Source: a virus
Lineage: Duplodnaviria; Caudoviricetes
DNA length: 30,795 bases
Virus record (IMG/VR): IMGVR_UViG_3300023059_000018
Coordinates: 1-30,795 of that record
Strand: one strand, 5' to 3'
Shown: piece by piece, positions 1-7,504 of the stretch
Layout: each line of letters begins with the position of its first letter
How positions within the stretch are numbered: the stretch's first letter is position 1
Translations under genes and position numbers: made by a program
Notes under the pieces: generated by a model
Database searches by the model: none
What the model saw: only the letters and a program-made list of their open reading frames with translations
What the model was told of the DNA's origin: nothing

Positions 1-291
1 AAAACCAAAGCATCAGTCATGAAATTCTCACATTATGAAAGAGGGGTATATTTTGAGCGATAATGATTAATAAACCAAGTAAAATAGTCGGAATTTTATA
101 AAATTAAGATAAATTTATGAAGAGCTTAAGGACTATACATTGATTTGATTTGCAGAATTGATATTAAATTATTGATTTTTAAAAATAAAAAATTATTGCA
201 TCCACTCATACCATAAAACTTAAAGGGGTCTAAACTAAAATTATACCAGTTTTAACCGACTTAAAAAATTAAGAATTTAATTTCGAAAATA

Positions 292-322
292 AAAAAGGAA
301 CTGAAAACCTCAGAACCTTTTT
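292..322 (-). terminator. Possible intrinsic terminator closing the leftward (pL) transcript
   Basis: Imperfect hairpin AAAAAGG-AA-CTGA-loop-TCAG-AA-CCTTTTT with A/T tracts on both sides, downstream of the 429..611 minus ORF. Confidence 0.45.
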
Positions 323-428
323 AATAGGTAATAATTATATCTTGAATATAAACCAAAATAGGATGATGACATTGCACTCTATTCTTGTATGAGCTCACCA
401 GATTTATAGAAACATGTTATATCTATTG

Positions 429-611
429 TTATGTTGCCGTAATAAGTTTCACCGCAATAACAGCCGCGATGAGCCAAACTATAAATCCTGCTGATAAGAA
501 CGCTAACATTTTAAGTGTGATTAAAATATTAGATTTAAAATTAGATAACCATAAAGCTTGCCTTTGGTTAGGTCGGGCTGGAGAATTCAAGTTGCGAGAT
601 ATATCTTTCAT
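429..611 (-). CDS. Small membrane protein (60 aa), only gene left in the pL operon
   Basis: GAGGT RBS just upstream of the ATG on the minus strand. Hydrophobic C-terminal helix (MLAFLSAGFIVWLIAAVIAV). Directly downstream of the pL-like promoter. Confidence 0.65.
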   Translation of the reverse strand: MKDISRNLNSPARPNQRQALWLSNFKSNILITLKMLAFLSAGFIVWLIAAVIAVKLITAT

Positions 612-682
612 AATTACCTCTTTTTTTCATAGACATTTTGGTTAGGTTTAGTTTCTAGTGTTAGTAGTAGGCTTAAACGATG

Positions 683-746
683 AATATAGTTTTATCTATA
701 TTGTAAGTCAATAGTTTTAACTATTAAAAATAATAATTTTAACTTT
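683..746 (-). promoter_or_regulatory. pL-like promoter with OL operator cluster
   Basis: Minus strand TTGACT (711-706) - 17 bp - TATATT (688-683). Operator-like 14-mers ATAGTTTTATCTAT (686-699), ATAGTTTTAACTAT (711-724) and degenerate ATAATTTTAACTTT (733-746). Confidence 0.75.
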
Positions 747-757
747 TAATTTTATCA

Positions 758-796
758 TTAATAAAAAAGCCACATTAAATGTGGCTTTTTTATTAA
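758..796. terminator. Intrinsic terminator downstream of cI
   Basis: Long perfect inverted repeat TTAATAAAAAAGCCACAT-TAA-ATGTGGCTTTTTTATTAA. Confidence 0.85.
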
Positions 797-819
797 ATTC
801 TAGATGTATGATTTTGTTA

Positions 820-1491
820 TTATCCTGCTCTCCAGAACTGGCGACCCATCACTCTAAAGTTTTTACCGTTTTCTTCTGTTACACGGCGATCTCTAAATTT
901 TTCGTTGAGACTATGAAGAATTAAAGATCCATCTTCTTCTTTAAAGATCTGTTTTAACATGCCTTCACCAGCAAAATATACAGCATATATTTCACCATCT
1001 ATAATGTGTGTTTGAGATATATCTATGCCTACAAGATCCCCATCTTTTATATAATCCATCATGCTATCACCTTTAGCTTTAATAATACGCATGCAGTCTT
1101 GAGCTACATGTTTTTCTTTAAAAAATGAGGAGGGGAAAGGGATTTTTCCATTAATAGCATCAAAATGAAATTCAATAGATTCGCCTGTTCCACATGAAAA
1201 ATTAGCTTCCACTACTTCTATCCATATGTATTCATTATTTTCCTTACTTGCTACAACTGGTTTAATCAAATCATCTTCACTAAATGAATCTTCAGCATCT
1301 CCGGTTGTTAACCAATAAGCATCTACCCCTAGATATTTTGCAATTAAAGGAAGAAATGCGGACTTTAAGCTTTTTCCTGTTTCCAAGGCTTGATATGTCG
1401 GTTGTTTAATACCAACCGCTTCAGCCACTTCATGTTGACTCTTTCCTGCTTTTAATCGAGCCGTTTTTAGACGAGTTGCTAAATCAGACAT
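820..1491 (-). CDS. cI: CI-like phage repressor (Cro/C1 HTH plus S24 peptidase)
   Basis: N-terminal HTH (RLKTARLKAGKSQHEVAEAVGIKQPTYQALETG). Cys-Gly cleavage-site motif (ANFSCGTG), catalytic Ser (GDSM) and Lys (GMLKQ). The ATG at 1491 is preferred over the ORF-track start at 1548, which runs through the operators. Confidence 0.93.
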   Translation of the reverse strand: MSDLATRLKTARLKAGKSQHEVAEAVGIKQPTYQALETGKSLKSAFLPLIAKYLGVDAYWLTTGDAEDSFSEDDLIKPVVASKENNEYIWIEVVEANFSCGTGESIEFHFDAINGKIPFPSSFFKEKHVAQDCMRIIKAKGDSMMDYIKDGDLVGIDISQTHIIDGEIYAVYFAGEGMLKQIFKEEDGSLILHSLNEKFRDRRVTEENGKNFRVMGRQFWRAG

Positions 1492-1524
1492 GATATTAAC
1501 CCTAAAATCGTTGAGTCTAAGTTT

Positions 1525-1591
1525 ATAGTTAAAACTATTAAGAATCAAAATAACTTGAACTATTGACTTTTGATAGTTAAAACTATAAATT
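1525..1591 (+). promoter_or_regulatory. OR operator cluster and pR-like promoter
   Basis: ATAGTTAAAACTAT at 1525-1538 and 1573-1586, variant ATAACTTGAACTAT at 1550-1563. TTGACT (1563-1568) - 17 bp - TAAATT (1586-1591). Confidence 0.8.
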
Positions 1592-1618
1592 AACTATCAA
1601 GATGGAGTTTTGATAGTT

Positions 1619-1852
1619 ATGAATATAGATGTCACTGTAATCTACATGCAACTAGTGAGCTTTTTCGGGAGTCAAACAAAAACGGCACAAGCACTTTCTA
1701 TTAAGCAGCCTTCGGTTAATGCATGGTTAACAGGTAAAAGTCAAATGTCTGAAAAAATTGCTCTACGGGCAGAACGTGTAACCAATGGGAGCTTTAAAGC
1801 GTATCAACTCTGCCCAACACTGAAAGAGTTTGAAAAGAAAATCGCAAGTTAA
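1619..1852 (+). CDS. cro: Cro-like HTH regulator (YdaS/Cro superfamily)
   Basis: Divergent from cI. Motif FFGSQTKTAQALSIKQPSVNAWLTG...LCP. GGAG at 1604-1607. Start could be 1610 or 1619. Confidence 0.88.
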   Translation: MNIDVTVIYMQLVSFFGSQTKTAQALSIKQPSVNAWLTGKSQMSEKIALRAERVTNGSFKAYQLCPTLKEFEKKIAS

Positions 1853-1990
1853 TTATGACAGCCAAAATATAGATAAATATGAAATTTTTAGGAGTTTATA
1901 AATAGTTGAAATTAGTTTAATGCATGAAATTTAAAGAGGTTTTCTATTAACGAAAGCGAGAAAATAATTTAGGTACTTGATCTAGAAAGC

Positions 1991-2020
1991 AAAAAGTCTG
2001 ATCGGCAAATCAGACTTTTT
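1991..2020 (+). terminator. tR-like intrinsic terminator
   Basis: AAAAAGTCTGAT-CGGCAA-ATCAGACTTTTT hairpin. Confidence 0.75.
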
Positions 2021-2048
2021 AGATAATTCATTTCATGAGGAAATCACA

Positions 2049-2183
2049 ATGAATTTTAAAGTAAATCTATCACAATATATTTACGAAAACAAATCGACAA
2101 GTTGTAACGGCGCTAAAAATAAAATCTTTCAGTATTTAAATCCCTTTAAGGCTCCTTCAAAGGAGTTAAATGCTGATGCGTGA
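2049..2183 (+). CDS. Small hypothetical protein (44 aa) overlapping the replication gene start; not in the ORF track
   Basis: GAGG RBS upstream of the ATG at 2049. Translates MNFKVNLSQYIYENKSTSCNGAKNKIFQYLNPFKAPSKELNADA. The stop lies in ATGCGTGA, overlapping the next start. Confidence 0.5.
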   Translation: MNFKVNLSQYIYENKSTSCNGAKNKIFQYLNPFKAPSKELNADA

Positions 2184-3069
2184 TTATGGAAAAGTTTCTC
2201 CACATTTTTGGACTGGCACAACAGGTAAGCAATTACGAGAGTGTTCTGAGTCCATTATCGTGGCTATGTATTTAATCACCAGTCCGCATGCAAATATGCT
2301 TGGTCTTTATTATATGCCTCTTTTATATATAGCTCATGAAACTGGTTTGGGTTTAGAAGGAGCTGAGAAGGGGCTTCAATGGGCATGTAAAGTAGGTTTC
2401 TGTAGTTATGACAATGTTTCAGAAATGGTCTGGGTACATGAAATGGCTCGTTTCCAGGTTGCTGAGTCTTTAAAAGAAAGTGACAACCGTTGTAAAGGTA
2501 TTCAAAAAGACTATGACTCATTACCATCAAATCCATTTTTAGAAAATTTTTATAATAAATACGTTGAAGCTTTTTGTATGACGCATCGACGTGAAGGAAA
2601 GAATAATAGCTATGTAGAGAAAGAAGTCCCTAATAAGGCTCTTTTAAGCCAAGAACAGAAGCAAGAACAGGAACAGGAAAAAACTCTCTCTCAAGTAATT
2701 TTAACGAACGTTATGAAATCAGAAGATTGGAGACCAGATTTAAATCATCTCGCTATTTATTTGAAAAAGACTAAATACTCTCAGCAAGTGCAAGAAATCT
2801 TATCTATGGATGATTTTGAATTTCATTTGAGCAATTTCAATGCTCACCATGAAACTTCACGGTATTTAACTGATAGTCAAAGACACAGTAAGTTTGCTCA
2901 ATGGATATTTGAAAAGTTTGAAAAGTTAAAAGCTCCAAAAACTAAATCAACGAAGTCAATTTATTTAAATTCAAGAATAGATGGAAGTGTAAATCAAGCT
3001 TTTGAATACCAACAACCAGAATATGACGAAAGTATTAAGCCGCTGGAGTTGGGAGGGAAATTTGTATGA
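2170..3069 (+). CDS. Phage replication initiator (lambda O-like position)
   Basis: Immediately upstream of, and coupled (ATGA overlap) to, a DnaC-like loader. N-terminal MRDYGKVSPHFWTG...YLITSPHANMLGLYY domain and an SQEQKQEQEQE linker, as in phage replisome organisers. AGGAG RBS. Start is 2170 or 2176. Confidence 0.75.
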   Translation: MLMRDYGKVSPHFWTGTTGKQLRECSESIIVAMYLITSPHANMLGLYYMPLLYIAHETGLGLEGAEKGLQWACKVGFCSYDNVSEMVWVHEMARFQVAESLKESDNRCKGIQKDYDSLPSNPFLENFYNKYVEAFCMTHRREGKNNSYVEKEVPNKALLSQEQKQEQEQEKTLSQVILTNVMKSEDWRPDLNHLAIYLKKTKYSQQVQEILSMDDFEFHLSNFNAHHETSRYLTDSQRHSKFAQWIFEKFEKLKAPKTKSTKSIYLNSRIDGSVNQAFEYQQPEYDESIKPLELGGKFV

Positions 3070-3842
3070 ATGTAAGGACAAAGATTAATCACTCTTTCGA
3101 ACCTGGGTTAAATATTTGCCCTATTCATTTGGAGAAAAAGGTCAAGATTGCAGGTTTAGAAATTTGCCCAACATGTGCTGTCAATAAAGTAACTGAGTCT
3201 AATCTCAAGCATAGTAAAGCTGTTAGAAAGATGATTTATGAAAATCATTTGGCAGGTGGAATGCTACCTATCCGTCACAAAAACTCTGGATTTCATAATT
3301 ATCGCTGTGAATTACCAGGGCAAATTATTGCTTTTAATAGTTGCGCCGCTTATGCCGAACAAATTATGAAAGGACAAGTAACTAATCTAGTTATGGTGGG
3401 GAAAACTGGGACAGGTAAAACACATCTTGCATGTGCGACGGCTAGAACATTACTTAAAAATGGCAAAACGGCTCGTTATATCACCAGTGAAGAGTTAGCA
3501 AATGACATCATGGGAGCTTGGTATCGCCAAGGAGATAGTGAAAAAAATACTATTTATCGTTATACGGAATATGACTTACTCATTATTGATGAGTATGGCT
3601 TGCATGATCGCGAAAAACGTAAAGAAGTGGTTCATAAGGTCTTATATGCGCGTTATGACGCAGATAAAGCAACAATGCTTATTTCAAATTTTGCACTTAA
3701 TGATACTAAGGATCGGATAGGTACAATTATTCATGGCTTGATCTCTGATTTAGGTGATCGCCTATGGTCACGTTTTCAACATGGGGGATTAACTCAAATT
3801 GAATGTGTATGGGCAGATACCCGTTTAGGAGCAGAACTATGA
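3066..3842 (+). CDS. DnaC/IstB-like AAA+ ATPase (helicase loader)
   Basis: N-terminal Zn-type motif (CPIH...CPTC), Walker A GKTGTGKT, Walker B LLIIDEYG, and the LYARY...ISN...LGDRLWSR motifs. Confidence 0.92.
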   Translation: MNVRTKINHSFEPGLNICPIHLEKKVKIAGLEICPTCAVNKVTESNLKHSKAVRKMIYENHLAGGMLPIRHKNSGFHNYRCELPGQIIAFNSCAAYAEQIMKGQVTNLVMVGKTGTGKTHLACATARTLLKNGKTARYITSEELANDIMGAWYRQGDSEKNTIYRYTEYDLLIIDEYGLHDREKRKEVVHKVLYARYDADKATMLISNFALNDTKDRIGTIIHGLISDLGDRLWSRFQHGGLTQIECVWADTRLGAEL

Positions 3843-4330
3843 ACATTAAATTAGAGCTTACTAAACATGATTATTCAATGAGTTATTCAAATGTTTTTCT
3901 TAAGTCTAAACAGCGTAATGAACTAGCTATTCAATTAGCAGAATGGGTAGCTCAAGGTAATCAGATTACCTTAGTTGAAAACAATATTGAGAATCAAGCC
4001 TATATTAAACAGGGCATGGGGAAGTTTACTAAAGATGAGTATAACAGCAGAAGTTATATGGAACATGGCGTAACATCAAAAATCTTATTGACTCATTCAC
4101 TAATTAAAGAAACGACGGCGTATCCAAATTACCAACAAGCTTTATTAAAAATATTTGTTAACAAGTTCGGACAATCTTGGGATTTCTTGGCAGCTAATTC
4201 TGGCTATACATTAACAGCCCATCAGCTTCGTCGGATTTATTATGGACGATCAGAAGCCTCATTACTTGATTGGAATATTTTAAAACAGTCACTAGAAGCT
4301 TTAGGGGTGAATAATGAATCATCTTGTTGA
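3839..4330 (+). CDS. Hypothetical phage early protein, possibly with a C-terminal HTH
   Basis: ATGA overlap with the DnaC-like stop, so the start is placed at 3839. C-terminal WDFLAANSG...AHQLRRIYYG is HTH-like. Confidence 0.65.
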   Translation: MNIKLELTKHDYSMSYSNVFLKSKQRNELAIQLAEWVAQGNQITLVENNIENQAYIKQGMGKFTKDEYNSRSYMEHGVTSKILLTHSLIKETTAYPNYQQALLKIFVNKFGQSWDFLAANSGYTLTAHQLRRIYYGRSEASLLDWNILKQSLEALGVNNESSC

Positions 4331-4541
4331 ACAGCGTTATTGTCAAACTCGAAGTGTTGGAATTATTCAGAAAAAAATTCTAAGTAATTTGAGCGATTTG
4401 AAGAATGTGGAATTGCCTATCCAGAGTAATAAAAATTTTGCTCATGAACCGAAATTACAGAAAAAGCACTTTAAATGCTTATTTAGTACAGAACTTTATA
4501 GGCGCTTATTAATAACTAAATGTACTGAGGGCTTAATGTAA
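4314..4541 (+). CDS. Hypothetical protein (75 aa)
   Basis: GGGGTG RBS. Overlaps the preceding stop and is TAATG-coupled to the next gene. Confidence 0.55.
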   Translation: MNHLVEQRYCQTRSVGIIQKKILSNLSDLKNVELPIQSNKNFAHEPKLQKKHFKCLFSTELYRRLLITKCTEGLM

Positions 4542-4756
4542 TGAAAACTGATCAAATTATTTTAGTAATAGTTGCCTCATTTGCCTTCTATTTTGCTGTT
4601 AAGTTTTTGATGCAATGGTTGGTCGGTGAATATAACCATGGGGCAGTTATTGAATGGATGCGAAGAGGCTTCGCCTTTGGATTGGGTTTTATTTTTTCGA
4701 TATTAGTAATGATCGTGATTGTGTATATTTTGAGAGGGTTAATGAATGAATATTGA
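4541..4756 (+). CDS. Small two-helix membrane protein
   Basis: Two hydrophobic segments, GAGG RBS, coupled to both neighbours. Confidence 0.65.
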   Translation: MKTDQIILVIVASFAFYFAVKFLMQWLVGEYNHGAVIEWMRRGFAFGLGFIFSILVMIVIVYILRGLMNEY

Positions 4757-5306
4757 TATTAGTATTATGAATCAGTTTACTCAGTTTCAATGGTTATCCC
4801 GAGGCTTAACAGCACAATCATTGGACTTTTCAAGAGTTGGACATACCCCTAGTAAGGACGCTATTAATTATCAAGATAGGTTAGGGGCAATTGCTAAAAT
4901 GGAGACTCAATTAGCTAAATCAGTATCTTCATTAATTATTTATAATGGAAAATCAGAAGAGGACTATAAGTTTATAAGAAATCATTTAGCTTTAATTATG
5001 TTAAAAGAGGCTGAAAAAGATAAAAAAAGAGAACCTGAATATATTGCTATTCACCATTTAGCATGGCTTATTGCTCGCATGGTTATCGATTTTTCTCTAA
5101 ATCCTGATCTTGAAAAAAACTTTACTGCTCAAGGTAGACTTTATTATGCAGGTATTACGGCTTATAAAATGTCCGCAGATGTTTATAGAATGACTTGGAA
5201 GCCATATGAGAAGTTGATGCAGCTTGCGCTTGAATCTGCTATTGCAGAAGCAGAGGATACTATCCGTGAATATCGGAAAGATACTTACAAAGAGTTACAA
5301 TTATAG
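4746..5306 (+). CDS. Putative late-gene antiterminator (Q-like)
   Basis: Last early gene, 186 aa. Followed at once by a promoter with a -10-like pause element and terminators. The late region is full of intrinsic terminators. The assignment is mainly positional. Confidence 0.65.
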   Translation: MNIDISIMNQFTQFQWLSRGLTAQSLDFSRVGHTPSKDAINYQDRLGAIAKMETQLAKSVSSLIIYNGKSEEDYKFIRNHLALIMLKEAEKDKKREPEYIAIHHLAWLIARMVIDFSLNPDLEKNFTAQGRLYYAGITAYKMSADVYRMTWKPYEKLMQLALESAIAEAEDTIREYRKDTYKELQL

Positions 5307-5308
5307 GG

Positions 5309-5358
5309 TTTTCATTATTGTGAAAAAAAGTGTATAGTGTTTATAAGATGGTCGTATT
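5309..5358 (+). promoter_or_regulatory. Putative late promoter pR'/qut, copy 1
   Basis: TTTCAT (5310-5315) - 17 bp - TATAGT (5333-5338), then -10-like TAAGAT-GG (5344-5351) at the expected start site. 38/50 identical to 12451-12500. Confidence 0.7.
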
Positions 5359-5460
5359 GCAAATTTTGTTTGTGGTGCGACTTTTTTGTTTAAGTTATTT
5401 AAATACAATACATTTAATTTTGTATTTCTTATTTTAGTTTTGCTGTACAAATTGCAGCAT

Positions 5461-5501
5461 ATAAAGCCGTATCAAAATAGGTTGATACGGCTTTATTTTT
5501 T
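5461..5501 (+). terminator. tR'-like intrinsic terminator
   Basis: ATAAAGCCGTATCAA-loop-TTGATACGGCTTTAT followed by a T tract. Confidence 0.8.
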
Positions 5502-5531
5502 ATTAGTAATAGGTATGGAAAGGTATTTATT

Positions 5532-5681
5532 ATGAGTTGTAATAGTTGTGCTAAAAGGCGTAAATGGTTAGAGAGTAAATATAATGAACTTGAACGAAGA
5601 ACAAAACTTGTGCTGCTCAAAGCTACTCGAAGTAATGGACGAGTTGATAAAGCAGAACAATACATTGATTCAAAAGGCTGA
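5532..5681 (+). CDS. Small CxxC protein (49 aa), first late gene; not in the ORF track
   Basis: GGAAAGGT RBS. Translates MSCNSCAKRRKWLESKYNELERRTKLVLLKATRSNGRVDKAEQYIDSKG. Overlaps 5584..5808 in another frame. Confidence 0.55.
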   Translation: MSCNSCAKRRKWLESKYNELERRTKLVLLKATRSNGRVDKAEQYIDSKG

Positions 5682-5808
5682 AAAGAAAGATACTCTTATT
5701 TATGCTGCTATTGAGCAGAATAATAAATTACTTCAACAGTATGTTGAAAATAAAAAAGTTGATGAAAATATTATCGCTTACTTAGATTCAAAGCCAAAAG
5801 AAAAGTAA
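5584..5808 (+). CDS. Small coiled-coil hypothetical protein
   Basis: GAGAG RBS and a heptad pattern (LIKQNNTLIQ...IEQNNKLL). Confidence 0.65.
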   Translation: MNLNEEQNLCCSKLLEVMDELIKQNNTLIQKAEKKDTLIYAAIEQNNKLLQQYVENKKVDENIIAYLDSKPKEK

Positions 5809-5855
5809 TATTTATATTAACTGGTAAGAGTATTTTGTATTATCTTAGTTGTTAG

Positions 5856-5888
5856 GAGAGCTAGATTTAAAGTCTAGCTCTTTTTTTT
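5856..5888 (+). terminator. Intrinsic terminator
   Basis: GAGCTAGATTT-AAAGTCTAGCTC followed by 8 T. Confidence 0.75.
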
Positions 5889-5901
5889 ATTGGGAAAAAA
5901 T

Positions 5902-6129
5902 ATGTTAAAGATAAAAGTCCAGTTTTTAACTACATGTATGCATAATCGAATTGTTTATATAGCCAATGAGATTATTGAGCTTGAAAAAAGAGATGCAGAT
6001 GATTTACTCAAGCTCAATTTAGTTAAAGTTATTAATTCAGATGTACTGAGAAAATCTAATAAATTAACCAATCAAGATAAGCCAAGGCGTACACGTAGTA
6101 AATCTCATCAAAATAATATTTTTAAATAA
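5902..6129 (+). CDS. Small hypothetical protein, possible relic of the head-gene region
   Basis: GGGA RBS, ATG at 5902. The pattern KVQFL...NEIIEL...ADDLLKLNLVK plus a basic tail recalls small proteins encoded just after major capsid genes (by eye). Confidence 0.55.
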   Translation: MLKIKVQFLTTCMHNRIVYIANEIIELEKRDADDLLKLNLVKVINSDVLRKSNKLTNQDKPRRTRSKSHQNNIFK

Positions 6130-6198
6130 CGTGTTTTTTAATGATTTTATTTTTTATCAATAGATAATGTAGTGATTTTTACTTGTTTAGGTAATTTT

Positions 6199-6372
6199 AT
6201 GTCTGTAAATATGAGTGGTTTGACTAATCTACAAAACAAATTAAAGAAATTATCAGATGATAAGAGAATTAATCAAATTGTAGAGGATGTTGAAAAGAAA
6301 GCAACTTCTCAAAAAAATGCTAAAGAATTAATGATTAAAATGCTTCAAAGTGAATTAATAAATAAATTTTAA
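6199..6372 (+). CDS. 57-aa protein resembling a shortened HK97-gp10-type tail completion protein
   Basis: AGGT RBS. The N-terminus MSVNMSGLTNLQNKLKKLSD resembles the x-G-L-x-x-L-x-x-K-L-x-x-L start of that family, and the position before the tail tube fits. Much shorter than typical members. Confidence 0.5.
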   Translation: MSVNMSGLTNLQNKLKKLSDDKRINQIVEDVEKKATSQKNAKELMIKMLQSELINKF

Positions 6373-6458
6373 TACGGTTTATTAGAGAACTGTTGGTAAT
6401 TAAGACAGAATTTATATATTAGAGCTATATAGTATTTCACAAATTCTAAAATTTTATT

Positions 6459-6482
6459 GCCTCGCAAACGCGAGGTTTTTTT
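6459..6482 (+). terminator. Intrinsic terminator before the tail tube gene
   Basis: GCCTCGC-AAAC-GCGAGGT plus T tract. Confidence 0.75.
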
Positions 6483-6506
6483 CGTCGTTAAAAAAGGAGT
6501 CCAATC

Positions 6507-6974
6507 ATGGGCGTATTAACACAAGGTACTGAAACATGGGTGAAACATGGTTCACCAGCTGTATTAACTAAAATTGAATGTATTACTGAATTGTCGGTAG
6601 GCGATGATAGTGTTACTGAAATTGAAACAACATGTATGGAAGAACGTGAATCTTCAACTTCAGAATATGGTTTGGTTAAACCAGGTGAAGGTAGTTTGAA
6701 AATCAATACTGATCCTGAAAATGAAACCCATGTTACGATTTTGAATTTGGCACAAAACAAAGCAAAAGTTGATGTGTTCGTGGGATGGGCGGATGGTACG
6801 GTTGCACCTACTTTACAGGGCGATGTTGTTACAGTGCCACAAGGTCGTTCTTGGACACAATTTCAAGCCCAATTACGAAAAGGCCCGCCAATTTTCGATA
6901 AAGACTCACTGGTAAACCATACTATTCCAATGAAGCGCCAAACCCCAGCTTTCGATACATTGAAAACCGTTTAA
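6507..6974 (+). CDS. Major tail tube protein (non-contractile tail)
   Basis: AAGGAG RBS. Motifs TQGT, EIETTCMEE...GLVKPG, GWADGT..PT and RSW..F typical of siphovirus tube proteins. Located before the chaperone and tape measure genes. Confidence 0.88.
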   Translation: MGVLTQGTETWVKHGSPAVLTKIECITELSVGDDSVTEIETTCMEERESSTSEYGLVKPGEGSLKINTDPENETHVTILNLAQNKAKVDVFVGWADGTVAPTLQGDVVTVPQGRSWTQFQAQLRKGPPIFDKDSLVNHTIPMKRQTPAFDTLKTV

Positions 6975-6991
6975 GGTTTTTTAGCATTATT

Positions 6992-7018
6992 AATAAGCCT
7001 GCTAAGCAGGCTTATTTT
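6992..7018 (+). terminator. Intrinsic terminator after the tail tube gene
   Basis: AATAAGCCTGC-TAA-GCAGGCTTATTTT. Confidence 0.75.
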
Positions 7019-7036
7019 CTTTTGGAAAATTAAAAA

Positions 7037-7504
7037 ATGAAGAAACTAAGTGCGGATCAAATCAAGTCAGGCGTTTTGCTTGGTAAGCCAGAACAAGTAA
7101 CAGTCCAAGTTTTGGTAAATGGTGAAGAATCAGAGTTTACAACCTATATTAAGCCTTTCAACTACCAATCTGCTGTAGCAAATATGAAAGCATACGGAGA
7201 AAATAAAGAGGCTCTGGCAGGTATTTTGGCAAGTTGTATTACAGATGAAGATGGTGTTCCTACTTTCACTGAGGATGAAGTACGATTACACTTTAGCCAA
7301 GCATTAGTTGATATCATTTGGGTTAAAATTGTTGAAATTAATGTCATGGGAAAGCAGACATTGAAATCGACGACAGAGAAGAACTCCTCATTGAAATCGC
7401 AATCGCAACCTCAAGATCAATTGAAGAAGTCAAAACAACCTTCACCCACAAAGAAATTAGAACCTGGGCAGCCTACCGACAAAAAAGAGGTAGTCTCAAC
7501 ATAG
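7037..7504 (+). CDS. Tail assembly chaperone (lambda gpG-like)
   Basis: Between tube and tape measure genes. LASCITDEDGVPTFT motif. In-frame G GGA AAG slippery site at 7348-7354, followed by a low-complexity tail. Confidence 0.85.
   Translation: MKKLSADQIKSGVLLGKPEQVTVQVLVNGEESEFTTYIKPFNYQSAVANMKAYGENKEALAGILASCITDEDGVPTFTEDEVRLHFSQALVDIIWVKIVEINVMGKQTLKSTTEKNSSLKSQSQPQDQLKKSKQPSPTKKLEPGQPTDKKEVVST

Noticed and set aside
1-66. Possible 3' end of an upstream gene (frame 1 open to TAA at 61-63)
   Set aside because: Only 20 codons are visible and the peptide is not recognisable.
208-248. ATACCA motifs at 208 and 243 (also 30657) as integrase arm sites
   Set aside because: A 6-mer in AT-rich DNA is expected by chance, and there is no att core or integrase to support it.
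385-645. 86-aa plus-strand ORF
   Set aside because: It is the antisense shadow of 429..611, which has the RBS and promoter. It has a non-ATG start and no RBS.
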